Positions 1 to 14,151 of a stretch of 64,000 bases of DNA are shown here, piece by piece (position 1 is the stretch's first letter; each line of letters starts with the position of its first letter). This stretch comes from the human T2T-CHM13v2.0 reference genome, Homo sapiens, in assembly GCF_009914755.1 (NCBI RefSeq), contig NC_060927.1. One strand, written 5' to 3'. The notes beneath the pieces are model-generated. The model saw only the letters and a program-made list of their open reading frames with translations, did not search any database and had not been told where the DNA came from. Made by a program: the position numbers and the translations under genes.

Positions 1-325
1 AATACCCGAGACTAGGTAATTTATAAAGAAAAGAAGTTTAATTGACTCACAGTTCCACATGGCTGGAGAGGCCTCAGGAAACTTACAATCATGATAGAAG
101 ACACCTCTTTACAGGGCAGCAGGAGAGAGCCTGAGCACTGAGTGAAGGTGGGGAAGCCCCTTATAAAAACATCAGATCTTGTGAGAACTCACTCACTATC
201 ATGAGAACAGCATGGGGAAAACCATCTCCATGTTTCAATAATCTCCACCTGGTCCTGCCTTTGACATGTGGGGATTATTACAATTCAAGATGAGATTTGG
301 GTGGGGACACAGCCAAACCATATCA
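1..325 (-). mobile_element. THE1 (THE1C/D-like) MaLR LTR, truncated by window start
   Basis: Reverse complement begins TGATATGGTTTGGCTGTGTCCCCACCCAAATCTCATCTTGAATTG, the THE1 LTR terminus; typical body AATACCCGAGACT...TTTAATTGACTCACAGTTCCACATGGCTGG. Confidence 0.85.
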
Positions 326-926
326 GGTCTCTTTCACAGTACATTATAGTCTGATTTTCTAAAGTCCAAGATAATGATTGATTCCTAAAAACAGCAGGAG
401 AAAAGCATCTATTACCTATAAAGGAAAGCCTATGAGACTAACAGTGGATTTCTCAGCAGAAACCTTACAGGTCAGAAGATAATTGGATGATATATTCAAA
501 GTGCTGGAAGAAAAATGTCAACAGCCAAAAATATTTTATTCAACAAAGTTACCCTTCATAAATGAAGGAGAAATGTCTTTCCCAAATAAGCAAATGCTGA
601 GGGAATTTGTTACCACTAGACTGGTCCTACAAGAAATGCTCAAGGGAGCCCTAAACTCAGAAACAAAAGGACAACATTTACCATCATGAAAACACATGAA
701 ACAAAATTCACTGGTAAAGCAATCACACAAAGGAGGAAGAGAAAGAGCTCAAATAGTACCACTACAGAAATCCACCAAGCCACAATGACAATAAGAGAAA
801 AAGAAACAAAGAATATGCATAACAACCAGGAAACAACAATATGATAGGAACAAAGCCTCATATATCAATAATAACCTTGAATGAAAATGGTTTAAATTCT
901 TCACTAAAAAGATATTCACTGATTGG

Positions 927-1203
<277 letters not shown>

Positions 1204-2703
1204 AGACTGATCAAATAGATTTTTTTAAAAAGATGATCAAACTGTATGTTGCTTACAGGAAATTCACCTTATCAGTAAAGGCACACATAGACTGAAAGTA
1301 AAGAAATGGAAAAAGATATTCCATACAAACAGAAACCAAAAGTGAGCAGGAGTATCTATGCTTATTATACTACATAAAACAGACTTTAAGTCAAGACCAG
1401 TAACACACACACACACACACACAAAGTCATTTTATAATGATAAAGGAATCAATCTAGCAAGAGGATATAACAGTTATAAACATATATGCACCCAACATTG
1501 GAGCACCCATATTCATAAAGCAAATATTATTAGATCTAAATAGAGAGATAGCCTGCAATACAATCATAGTGGGGGACTTCAACACCCCACTTTCAGCATT
1601 AGACAGATCATCTAGACAGAAAATCAACAAATAAACATTGGACTTAAGCTGGACTTCAGACCAAATGAACCTTACAGTGATTTACAGAACTTTCTATCCA
1701 ACGACTGCAGAATATAGATTCTTTTCATCAGCATACAACACATTCTCCAGGATAGACCATATGTTAGGCCACAAAACAAGCCTCAACAATTTTTTAGAAA
1801 TCAAATTCATATCAAGTATCTCCTCTGACCACAATGGAATAAAACTAGAAATCAATACCAAGAGGAACTTTGGAAACTATAGAAATATATGGAAATTAAA
1901 CAACATGCTCCTGAACGACAATTGAGTCAATGAAGAAATTGAGATGGAAATAAAAAAAAATTCTTTAAGGAAATGAAATATACCAAAATCTGTGGGATAC
2001 AGCAAAAGTAGTGCAAAAAGGGAAGTTATAGCAGTAACTGCCTACATCAAAAAATAGAAAGATCACAAGTTAACAAGCTAACAATGTACCTCAAAGGACT
2101 GAAAAAGTAAGAACAAACCAAACTCCAAATTAGCAGAAAAAAGGAATAAAGATCAGAGCAGAACTAAATGAAAAACAGACTAAGAAAATACAAAGGATAA
2201 ACAAAACAAAAAGTTTGCTCTTCAAACAGATAAACAACATGGATAAATCACTAGCCAGACTAACCAAGAAAAAAAGAGAGAAGACCCAAATAAAATCAGA
2301 AATGAAAAAGGAGACATTACAACTGGTAACACGAAAATATAAGAGATCATCAGGGACTACTATGAACAATTATACATAGACAAACTGGAAAAAACAGAAG
2401 AAATGGAAAAATTTCTGGACACATACAACCTACCAAGTTTGAACCAAGAAGAAATAGAAAACGCAAACAGACCAATAACAAGTAACAAGATTGAAACAGT
2501 AATAAAAATCTTCTTAACAAAGAAAAACCCTTTACTGGATAGAGTTACAGCTGAATTCTACCAAATGTAAAAGAACTAATACCAACCCTCCTAAAAACTA
2601 TTCTGAAAAATCAAAGAAGAGAGAATTCTCCCTAACTCATTCTATGAGGCCAGCATCACCCTGATACCAAAACCAGAAAAGGCCACAGCAAAAAAGAAAA
2701 CTA

Positions 2704-3204
<501 letters not shown>

Positions 3205-3743
3205 TCAGTAAACATGATACACCATATCAACAGAATGAAGGACAAAAACTGTATGATGAATTCAATAGAAGTAGAAAAAGCATTTGATAAAATTCAACAT
3301 CCCTTCATGATAGTCTCAAGAAATTAGGCAATGAAGGAACATACCTCAAATTAACAAAGGGCATATACAACAAATCCACAGCTAACATCATACTGCATGG
3401 AGAAAAGTGGAAAGCCTTTCCTCTAAGAACTGGAACAAGACAAGTCACTTTTACCACTCCTATTCAACATAGTACTGGAAGTCCTAGCCAGAGCAATCAG
3501 GCAAGAGAAAGAAAGAAAAGGCATCCATATTGCAAAAGAGAAACTCAAATTTTGCTGTTTGTTGATGATATGATATATGATCCTATATCCAGAAAAACCT
3601 AAAGACTCTACTAAAAAACTCTTAGATTTGATGAATGAATTCACTAAAGTTACAGGATATAAAAAAATTGATGTACAAAAACCAGTCGTGTTGCTATACA
3701 TGAATAATGATCTAGCTGAGAAATAAATCAAGAAGGCAATCCC

Positions 3744-4321
3744 AGCCAGGTGTAGTGGCTCATGCCTGTAATCCCAGCACTTTAGGAGGCTTTGGCAGTA
3801 GGATCACTTAAGGCCAGGAGTCCAAGACCAGCCTGGGCAACATAGTGAGACCCTGTATAAAAATAAAAATAGGCCGGGTGCAGTGGCTCATGCCTGTAAT
3901 CCTAGCACTTTCGGAGGCTAAGGCAGGTGGATCACGAGGTCAGGAGATAGAGACCACCCTGGCCAACATGGTGAAACCCCATCTCTACTAAAAATACAAA
4001 AATTAGCCGGGTGTGGTGGTGTGCACCTGTAGTCCCAGCTACTCAGGAGGCTGAGGCAGGAGAATCGCTTGAACCCAGGAGGCAGAGGTTGCAGTGAGCC
4101 GAGATCCAGCCCAGTGACAGAGCAAGATTCTGTCTCAAAAAAATAAAAAATAAAATATAACATTAGCCAGGTGTGGTGGCATGCACCTGTAGTCCCAGCT
4201 ACTCAGAGGCTGAGGCAGAAGGATTGCTTGAACACAGGAATTCAAGGCTATAGTGAGTTGATTGCACCACTCCACTTTGGCCTAGGTGACAGAGCAAGAC
4301 CCTGTCTCCATTTTTTTTTTA
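3744..4321 (+). mobile_element. AluJ split by a younger AluSc-like element (3872-~4155) inserted in its A-rich linker
   Basis: Left arm 3744-3871, full Alu 3872-4155, right arm ~4160-4310; outer TSD AAGGCAATCCC at 3733-3743 and 4322-4332. Confidence 0.85.
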
Positions 4322-4631
4322 AAGGCAATCCCATTTACAAAAGCTACAAAAAATAAAATAAAATACCCAGGAACACATTTAACCAAGGAAGTGAAAGACC
4401 TGTACATGGAAAATTACAAGAAACCAATGAAAGAAATTGAAGAAGACACAAAGGAAAAACATCCCATGCTCTTGAAACAGAAGAATTAATATTACTGAAA
4501 TTACCATATTGCCCAAAGCAATCTACAGGTTCAACATAATATCTATCAAAATACTAACATCATTGTTCACAGAATTAGAAAAAACAATCTTAAAATTCAT
4601 AAGGAACCAAAAAGAGCCTGAATAGCCATAG

Positions 4632-5187
4632 TGTTTCCGGAGTTGGTTCCTTCCTGTGGGTTCTTGGTCTTGCTGACTTTAAGAATGAAGCTGCGGACCT
4701 TTGTGGTGAGTGTTACAGCTCATAAAGCTGGCATGGACCCAAAGAGTGAGCAGCAGCAAGATTTATTGTGAAGAGCAAAAGAACAAAGCTTCCACAGCGT
4801 GGAAGGAAACCCGAGTGGGTTGCTGCTGCTGGCTGGGGTGGCCAGCTTTTATTCCCTTATTTGTCCCTGCCCCTGTCCTGCTGATTGGTCCATTTTACAG
4901 AGCACTGATTGGTCCATTTTACAGTGTGCTGATTGGTCCAATTTACAGAGCACTGATTGGTCCATTTTACAAACCTCTAGCTAGCCACAGAGAGCTGATT
5001 GGTGCGTTTTTACAGAGTGCTGGTTGGTGCATTTTACAAACCTCTAGGTAGCCACAGAGCACTGATTGCTGCATTTTACAATCCTAGCTACAGAGTGCTG
5101 ATTGGTACATTTTACAATCCTCTTGTAAGACAGAAAATTTCTTCAAGTCCCCACCCAACCCAGAAGTCCAACTGGCTTCACCTCTCA
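4632..5187 (-). mobile_element. 3' LTR (LTR12F-like)
   Basis: Minus strand runs TGAGAGGTGAAGCCAG...CCGGAAACA; tandem CCAATCAG boxes; preceded by polypurine tract TTAGAGGGGAGAT (~5188-5200). Confidence 0.9.
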
Positions 5188-5199
5188 ATCTCCCCTCTA

Positions 5200-6250
<1,051 letters not shown>

Positions 6251-6259
6251 ATGGTCTGA

Positions 6260-6850
6260 TTTCCTCAAGATTAGAAGTTAGGATAATACATGTTACACTG
6301 TTAACTTTTAGCAAGCTTTACTTTTGTCAAAAACCTTGTAAGTTTGGGATTTCAATTATTCTTTGCTATTAATAAGACCTCGTTCAGTCCATATTAACTT
6401 AGAATTGGTATAGATGGCTCCTTTCTGATGCTGTAAGTACTTTAAGGTTTGGCTGAGTGCAAACAGCTCACACGTTTGAGCAGACCAATTATTAAGCAAC
6501 TTTCCTAACTCTGCTTCTACAAGAGTTTCCTTATCACTTACTGAATACCCATTGTGTCTTTTTCCCTTAATAGCTTTGGAGGAACCATCTATCATCCTAT
6601 CCCAAAGGGGGTTCCTCCTAGGTCTGTTCAGATCTTTGTGTGGTAATTAATTAAGCTTTAGATCTCCTGTCAGGAAACCTGCTGGGTTAAGGATTTTTGA
6701 TAAGAAGGCTATAGATTGTCAGTGGCCTCAGTGCTTTTGGGCTACGCTCTTGGTTACACTGACAACAAGGTGGTATTGGAGTGTTACAGGGTTACAGAGA
6801 AGACCTTCAATTATCAATTATAGGTTTTAAATTTACCCTGGTTTTTAAAG
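6260..6850 (-). pseudogene. Second, unrelated pol fragment (connection/RNase H), HERV-I/HERVIP10-like
   Basis: ORF 6356-6595: IDGSS..KRHNGYSV..LNNWSAQTCELFALSQTLKYLQ..IYTNSK..IWTERGLINSK; distinct from the HERV9 RNase H at ~7150-7530. Confidence 0.7.
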
Positions 6851-6864
6851 GAATAGGGTACACA

Positions 6865-7130
6865 CTTTTTTCTTTACTACTTCTATCTCTCTCTCTTTCT
6901 CTCTCTTTCCTTCTCTGTCTCTTTCTCTCTGACTTTCTGTCTTTGTCTCTTCCTCTCTCTCTCTCTCACTCCCTTTTTGTCTCTCTGTCTCTTCCCCTCC
7001 CTCTTTCCTTCTCTCTTTGACTTTGTCTTTCCCCTCTCTCTTTCCTTCTCTGACTTTCCGTCTTTCCCCCTCTCTCTCTCTTTCCTCTTTCTTTCTCTCT
7101 TTGACTTTCTGCTGGTCTTTCCCTGCCTCT
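6865..7130. repeat. CT-rich low-complexity tract (GA-rich on proviral sense strand)
   Basis: ~250 bp of degenerate (CT)n/CTTT with interspersed GACTTT units. Confidence 0.9.
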
Positions 7131-7139
7131 GCCAGCCGC

Positions 7140-9375
7140 TTATGCTGCTATTCTCCCCTATCCTTCCTCATGGCTTTGGCAGTGTAAGACTGCCACCTCC
7201 TTGGGTTTTTGCACTGTAATAACGCCATGATTTCCTTGTGATATTTAATGGGGGTTCCCCCAGAGGTTAGGAACTCCCTTTCTTTCCATATTGCAGCATG
7301 GGCATGTAGGATTAGATAAGCATACTTGCTATCTATATACACATTTATTCTTTTTCCCTTTCCCAGTTCTAAGGCTCACGTAAGTGCCACTAGTTCTACT
7401 AACTGATCGCTGGTCCCTGGGGGAAGAGGCTTACTTTCAAGTACTGTTACATCACTAACTATGGCATAACCTGCCCTTTGTATCTTATTAGCCACAAATG
7501 AACTTCCAGCAGTATGTAAGTTAAGGTCAGGATTAGCTAAGGGGACTTCTAAGAGATCCTCTCAGGCAACATAAATCTGGACTATAATTTGTTGGCAGTC
7601 ATGCTTGATTGGTTCTCCATCCTCTGGGAGAAAAGTAGCAGGGTTGAGGGCTGCACACATGCATATTTGAAGCACCAGTCCCTCAAGGAGTAGCTCCTGG
7701 TATCTAAGCCGGTGGTTGTCTGATAGCCATAAACTTCCTGTGGCACCTAGTATGCCATTTACACCATGAGTAGTCCAGACAGTGAGATTCTTTTCTTGTA
7801 TTATTTTGATAGCCTCTGATACTAAGATGGCCATTGCCGCAACTACCCATAAACAGTGAGGCCAGCTTCTTGCTACTACATCAATTTCCTTACTTAGGTA
7901 TGCCACTAGTTGTAGGGTTGTCCCACGAGTCTGAGTAAGGACTCCAAGAGCTAATCCTGCTCTCTCTGTGATATATAAAGAGAGGTTTTGTCCTGTGGGA
8001 AGGCTTAAGGCTGGAGCTTGTACTAGGGCCTGCTTTAAGGTTTTGAAGGCTGTTTCTGCTTCTGGTTCCCATTCTACTAGATGAGTATTTGCCCTCTGGG
8101 TCTCCGTGATTAGAGTATAGAGTGGTCTGGCCATCTCGCTCTATCTGGGGATCCATAGTCAGCAAAACCCAGTGATTCCAAGGAACCCCTGCAATTGTTT
8201 TAATGTCTTAGGGCAAGGACAAGCCAGTATAGGCTGTATTCATTCCTTGCTGAGGGCCCTGGTTCCTCTGGCTAAGACTAGGCCTAGCTATTTGACTTGT
8301 TGTAGGCAGAGTTGGGCCTTCGATTTAAATGCTTTGTACCCTTGATTAGCTAGAAAGTTTAAGAGACCTAGAGTAGCCTGCTGGCATGACGCTTCTGAAC
8401 TGGTAGCCAAAAGTAAATCATCCACATGCTAAAGGACCAGAGTGCCTGGACTTGAGAAGTGGCCTAGAACTTGGGCCAGTGCCTGACCAAACAGATGAGG
8501 GCTATCCCTAAACCCTTGGGGCAAGACCGTCCACATAAGTTGGGATGTGTGGTCTGTGGGATCCTCAAAGGCAAAGAGAAACTGGGAGTCACAGTGCAGG
8601 GGAATACAGAAGGCATCCTTGAGGTCCAGAACCATGAACCATTCTGCTTCCTCTGGTATTTGAGAGAGCAGGATATAGGGGTTGGGTACAACTGGATATA
8701 GAGGAATTACTGCCTTATTAATGCGTCTAAGATCTTGCAGTAGTCTCCACTGACTGTTCTGTTTTTGTACTCCTAGAATTGGGGTGTTGCAGGGACTGCT
8801 GCATTTTTTTTTTTTTTTTTTTTTTTACTAAGACTTGAGCTTTTAAATGTCTAACAATATCCTGTAATCCTTTATGAACTTCAGGCCTTAAGGGATATTG
8901 CGTTTGATAGGGAAAAGTGGTGGGGTCTTTTAGCCTGATTTGGATTGGGCGGGCATTTTTGCCCTTCTGCATTGTCCTTCCAATGCCCAGACTTCAGTGT
9001 TGATTCCCTCCTTAAGCAGGGGACAACAAAAGGGTAACTTGTTTCCCATATTCACGTAGATAATAGCTCCAGCTTTGGCTAATATGTCTCTCCCTAATAA
9101 GGATATGGGACTTTCAGGCATAACAAGAAAGGCATGTGAAAAGAGCAAAGTCTCCCAATTACAATTGAGGAGGTGGGAGAAATACCTGGTTACAGGCTGT
9201 CCCAGGATTCCTCAGATGGTAATGGACTTTGAGGACAGCCGACCAGGGCAGGAGATTAACACTGAGAGGGCCGCACCAGTATCCAAGAGGAAGTCAATTT
9301 CCTGTCCCTCAATAGTTAAATGTACCTGGGGCTCAGTGAGGGTGATGACATAAGCCGGTGCTTGTTCCAGGCACC
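7140..9375 (-). pseudogene. HERV9 pro-pol remnant (protease, RT, RNase H)
   Basis: Protease DFLLDTGAA (~9265-9295); RT VLDLKDAF, LPQGFRDSP and degenerate YVDD as HVDD (8417-8428) preceded by a stop; RNase H YIDSKYAYLILHAH; T23 run at 8804-8826 disrupts the frame. Confidence 0.9.
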
Positions 9376-9376
9376 C

Positions 9377-10835
9377 TCAGTCCTGTTGTTGGATCGGCTG
9401 GTTGGGGGACTCTGGCCTAGAGAACATTTGTCCTCTGGGGCAGTGTGCCTTCCAGTGATTGCCTCAGCATAGTGGACATGGGCGAGGGGGAAGCTTGTTT
9501 CTCACTGGACAATCTTTTTTAAAGTGTCCTTGCAAACCACACTGATAACAAGCCCTACCAGCTGATTGGCCTGCTCTATTTTCTGTCCTCTCTGAACCAC
9601 CAGGGTTTGTTTGTCTGAGGGCCATGACTAAGGCTGTGCCCTTTCTCTGATTTCACTTTTTCTTCTCAGCCTGTTCCTCTTGGTCCCTTTTATAGAACAC
9701 TGAGGTTGCCATGTTTAATAATGCCTCCAGATTTTGTTCAGGGCCTAGGGCTTTCTTTTGGAGCTTTCTCCTGATATCTGTGACTGATTGGGAAATAAAC
9801 TTATCTTTTAGGATAAATTGACCCTCGAGGGAGTCAGGTGACAGGGGAGTGTATTTTCTTAAGGCCTCCTGTAGATGCTCAAGGAAGACAGAAGGATTTT
9901 CTTCCTTTCCTTGAGTTATGGTGGACATCATTGAATAATTCATGGGCTTTTTCCTAATTCTCCTTAGTCCTTCTAGAACACAGGTCAACAGATGTTTGCG
10001 ACACCAGTCCCCATGATCTGAGTCTAGGTCCCAGTGGGGATCCATACTGGGGATGGCTTGCTGACCGGTAGGGAATTTGTCCCTTTCTTCAGCTGTCATT
10101 CTATCATTTACTTGACTAAAATACCAGGTATCTCCAAACTCTCGGGTTGCAGCTAAAGCCACATTCTTTTCATTAAAGGCCAGGGTTTGATCTCATAGCA
10201 TGACATCTCTCCAAGTGGGGTCAAAGGTTTGCCCTAGACCCTGTAGGACATCTATATACCTATCAAGATCATCTGAAAACTTCCCCAGGTCTACCTTAAT
10301 CTGCTTTAAATCAGAGAGGGAGAAGGGGACATGTACCTGGATTGGGCCAAATTCCCCTCCCCCTACAGTTTGAATGGGACATAACTGATAGCCTGGGGGT
10401 TTTTGTGGTCCTTTGGAGATTTCTTTGCTTGTTTCCTTCTGGGCAGAGAAGATTAGAGGAGGCTTATCATTAATAGGAAGGGGAGCTATAGGGAGGCTAG
10501 GATAATGGGGGTAAGCTGAGAGGTCCTCCTGTGGAATGAAAATTGCAAGCTTTGCATAGTTGTGGATTCTCCTTCAATGAAAAGAAAGCTTGGACATAAG
10601 GTATTTCACTCCATTTGCCTTCCCTCTTACAGAAAAGGTCAAGCTGCAGGATAGTATTGTAATTTACACTCCCCTCAGGTGGCCATTTTTCCCCATCAGA
10701 GAGAGAATATTGGGGCCAGGCCATAGTGCAGAAAAAAATGAGTCACCTCTTTATCAGGGTTTGCGGGTCAAATTGGTCCCAGTGGCTTAGGATGCATTTC
10801 AAGGATGAGCCTGTTGATGCCTGAGTGTTTCCCAT
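9377..10835 (-). pseudogene. HERV9 gag remnant
   Basis: ATG GGA AAC (MGN) at 10835; [19 protein letters not shown]; MHR QGKEENPSVFLEHLQEAL; zinc knuckle CYQCGLQGHFKKDC; TGA at 9377-9379 ahead of pro. Confidence 0.88.
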
Positions 10836-11992
10836 CTGAAAGAAAAAACCGCCCATGGTTTTGGTTTGTTTCTGCCCATGCCCCCCCACCCCTGGCCTGC
10901 CCAAGAATCTGCAATGGTCCCTGGACCCTGCTGATCAGAATAGTTGTACTCACTGATGCAGTAGCAGAAACACTAGTTTTCCTCCTAAACCACAAGGAGG
11001 ACTGAGGAAGGTCGGATTTAGTGGCCCTTACCGACACATTCTTGAAAACCTGCACCCTTGCCTTCCCTCTTAGACCGCAAAGAGGACCAAGAAAAATCAG
11101 GTTTAGTGGCCCTTAACAACACATTCTTGAAAACCTATTAGAGTCCTAAGCATTTTCTCCTGTTAGTATTGGGACCTTACCCCTTTCCTATAAAGATGAT
11201 ATTCCCCAAAAATGGAGTGGAGGGCCATACCCTGAGGGAGGGAAGAGATCTCCAGGGTTGGAAGAGTAATGCCTTTTGTCCTTACTTCTCATCATATGGA
11301 TAGGAAGGATATAATTTCTGAAGCTCCCCATATAGCCTTTGTTAGGCCTGCTTGTCTGAGGAGGGATCCTAAAAGGATAGTTGAACTCCCCCACGCGACG
11401 GGGCTTTGGGCAAAAATTATGTCTAATTGGTGAGCCTGGGTGCCTAAAGAAGGGAACAGAGTCATGAAATTTATACTAGACATCATTCTTATAGGAGAAA
11501 CTAGAAAAGCACCAGAAACAGGGAGTGCTTTCTAAAAGCGGGACTAGTCTCGGAGAAGAGAGGCAGGAGGAAGTTTGTCTGACAGGCATTAGGACCCAGG
11601 AGGCAAGGGTCAGGATAGATAGGATAGATGGGCAAGTGTTGCTTGGGCAATGTAACTTTGAGAGTTCCACTCATGGCTACATGGTCAACCAACATTTTGT
11701 TGGGACCTTGGAGCTGAATGGCTTTCCTTTCTGTCAACCCTTGGGTCAGCCCAGATGTACAGGAAAGGTGGAAGCTGGTTCCAGGTAAACCAACGCTCCC
11801 AACTCCGAAGAGTCAGGGTTTGTTAGAGAGCCCTTTCCCAGAAAGCCTGACACCCATGTCTTTAGTCCGGTGGCCACGCTAGTCACTTTTAACTGGCTGA
11901 CAGGTGCCTGGTGTTTAGTCCCTGAATCCTAAGGAAAAATAGGACAGAATAGCTAGCGAAAGGGGTCCAATGGTACTCACTGCTTGACGATA

Positions 11993-12010
11993 GTCCCTTC
12001 TTGGTCACCA
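11993..12010 (-). other. Primer binding site (tRNA-Arg type)
   Basis: TGGTGACCAAGAAGGGAC, 3 nt after the 5' LTR; 16/18 match to the recalled Arg PBS TGGCGACCACGAAGGGAC used by ERV9. Confidence 0.8.
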
Positions 12011-12013
12011 AGA

Positions 12014-12540
12014 AGTGTCTGGAATTGGTTCCTTCTGGTGGATTCTTGGTCTTGCTGACCTCAAGAATGAAGTCGTGGACCTTTGTGGTGAGTGTTACAG
12101 CTCTTAAAGGTGCCACGGACCCAAAGATTGAGCAGCAGCAAGATTTATTGTGAAGAGTGAAAGAACAAAGCTTCCACAGCATGGAAGGAGACCCAAGTGG
12201 GTTGCTGCTGCTGGCTGGGGTGGCCAGCTTTTATTCCCATATTGGTCCCCACCTATGTCCTGTTGATTGGTCCATTTTACAGTGTGCTGATTGCCAGATT
12301 AGAGTGCTGATTGGTCCATTTTACAAACGTCTAGCTAGCCACAGAGAGCTGATTGGTGCATTTTTACAGAGTGCTGATTGGCACATTTTACAAACTTCTA
12401 GGTAACCACAGAATGCTGATTGGTGCATTTTAAAATCCTAGCTATAGAGCACTGATTGGTACATTTTACAATCCTCTTGTAAGACAGAAAAGTTCTCCAA
12501 GTCCCCACCCCATCCAGAGTCCAGCTGGTTTCACCTCTCA
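12014..12540 (-). mobile_element. 5' LTR (LTR12F-like)
   Basis: Colinear with 4632-5187; adjacent to the PBS; terminal CA mutated to CT. Confidence 0.9.
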
Positions 12541-13390
12541 GTAGCAACCCTGAGTGAAAAGAACAAAGCTGGAGGCATCACATTACCTTACTTCAAAATA
12601 TATTACAGGGATGTATTAACAAAAATAGCATGGTACTGGTATAAAAATAGACACATAGACCAATGGAACAGAATAGAGAACCCAGAAATAAAGCCACATA
12701 TTTATAGCCAACGAATCTTTAACAAAGCTGACAAGAACTTATATTGGGGAATGGAAACCCTCTTCAATAAATAGTGCTGGGAAAATTGGGTAGTCACATG
12801 CAGAAGAATGAAACCAGACCCCTATCTCTCACCATATACAAAAACCAAATCAAAATGGACTAAAGACTTAAATTCAAAATTTGAAACTATGAAAATACCA
12901 GAAGAAAACCTAGGGAAAACTCTCCTGGACATTGGTCTAGGCAAAGAATTTATGACTAAGACCTCAAAAGCACAGGCCATAAACACAAAAATAGACAAAT
13001 GGGACTCTATTAAACTAAAAGGCTTCTGCAAAGCAAAAGAAACAATCAACAGAGTAAAGAAACAACCTGTTGAATGGGAGAAAATATTTGCTAAGTATTA
13101 ATCCAACAGGGGACTAATATCCAGAATATACAAGGAACTCAAACAACTGAACAGGAACAAAATCCCAAATAATCCCATTAAAAAGTAGACAAAGGACATG
13201 CATAGACATTTTGAAAAGAAGACATATAAATGGATAACAGCATATGAAAAAATGCTCAATGTCACTTATCATCAGAGAAATACAAATCAAAGCCACAATG
13301 ATATAATTATCTTATCCCAGCTGGAATGGCTACTATTATAAAGACAAAAAATAACAATGTTGACGAGGATGCAGAGAAAATGGAACTCTT

Positions 13391-13695
13391 TTTTATTTTA
13401 TTTTTGGAGACAAGGTCTCACTCTGTTGCCCAGGTTGGAGTGCAGTGTCACGATCATGGCTCAGTGGAGCCTTCACCTCCTGGGCTCAAGTGATCCTCCC
13501 ACTTCAGCCTCCTGAAGAGCCGAGACCACAGGCATGCACCACCACATCTGGCTAATTTTTTTTTTTTTTTTGTAGATACAAGCAGGGTCTCCCTATGTTG
13601 GTCCAGGATGGTCTCAAACTCCTGAACTCCAGCAATCCTCCCTCCTCGGCCTCCCATAATGCTGGGATTACAGGCATGTGTCACCACATCTGGCC
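13391..13695 (-). mobile_element. AluJ
   Basis: Reverse Alu with TSD GAAAA(T/G)GGAACTCTT. Confidence 0.88.
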
Positions 13696-14011
13696 GAAAA
13701 GGGAACTCTTATACACTGTTGGTGGGAATGTAAACTAGCACAGTTATTATGGAAAACAACCGTATAGAGAGTTCTCTAAAAACTAAAAACAGAATTACTA
13801 TGTGATCCTGCAATCCCAGTATTGGATAGCTACCCAAAGGAAAAGGAATCAATATATTAAAGGAATACCTCCATTCTTGTTTATTATTGCACTATTCTTA
13901 AAAGAGAAGATATAGAATCAACCTAAGCATTCATCAACGGATGAACAGATAAAGAAAATGTAGTATATATACACAATGAAATACTATTCGGCCATTAAAA
14001 AGAATGAAATT

Positions 14012-14151
14012 GGCCAGGCATGGTGGCTCATGACTGTAATCCTAACACTTGGAGAAACTGAGGAGGAAGGATTGCTTGAGCCCAAGAGTTTGAGACCAGC
14101 CTGGGCAACATAGTGAGACCTTGTCTCATAAATTTTAATTAAAAAAAAAAG
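14012..14151 (+). mobile_element. FLAM/Alu monomer
   Basis: Single left-arm monomer with A tail. Confidence 0.8.

Noticed and set aside
4880-5125. Regularly spaced ~24-bp repeats superficially like a CRISPR array
   Set aside because: No unique spacers; these are the U3 CCAAT repeats of LTR12 in a eukaryotic genome
7562-10162. 190-aa and 169-aa retroviral ORFs as possible domesticated genes
   Set aside because: Fragments of a gag/pol with stops, frameshifts and a broken YVDD motif; lengths compatible with neutral decay
10981-11137. Two ~85-bp direct repeats (TTAGTGGCCCTTA..CACATTCTTGAAAACCT)
   Set aside because: Appears to be an intrinsic feature of the HERV9-type leader rather than locus-specific
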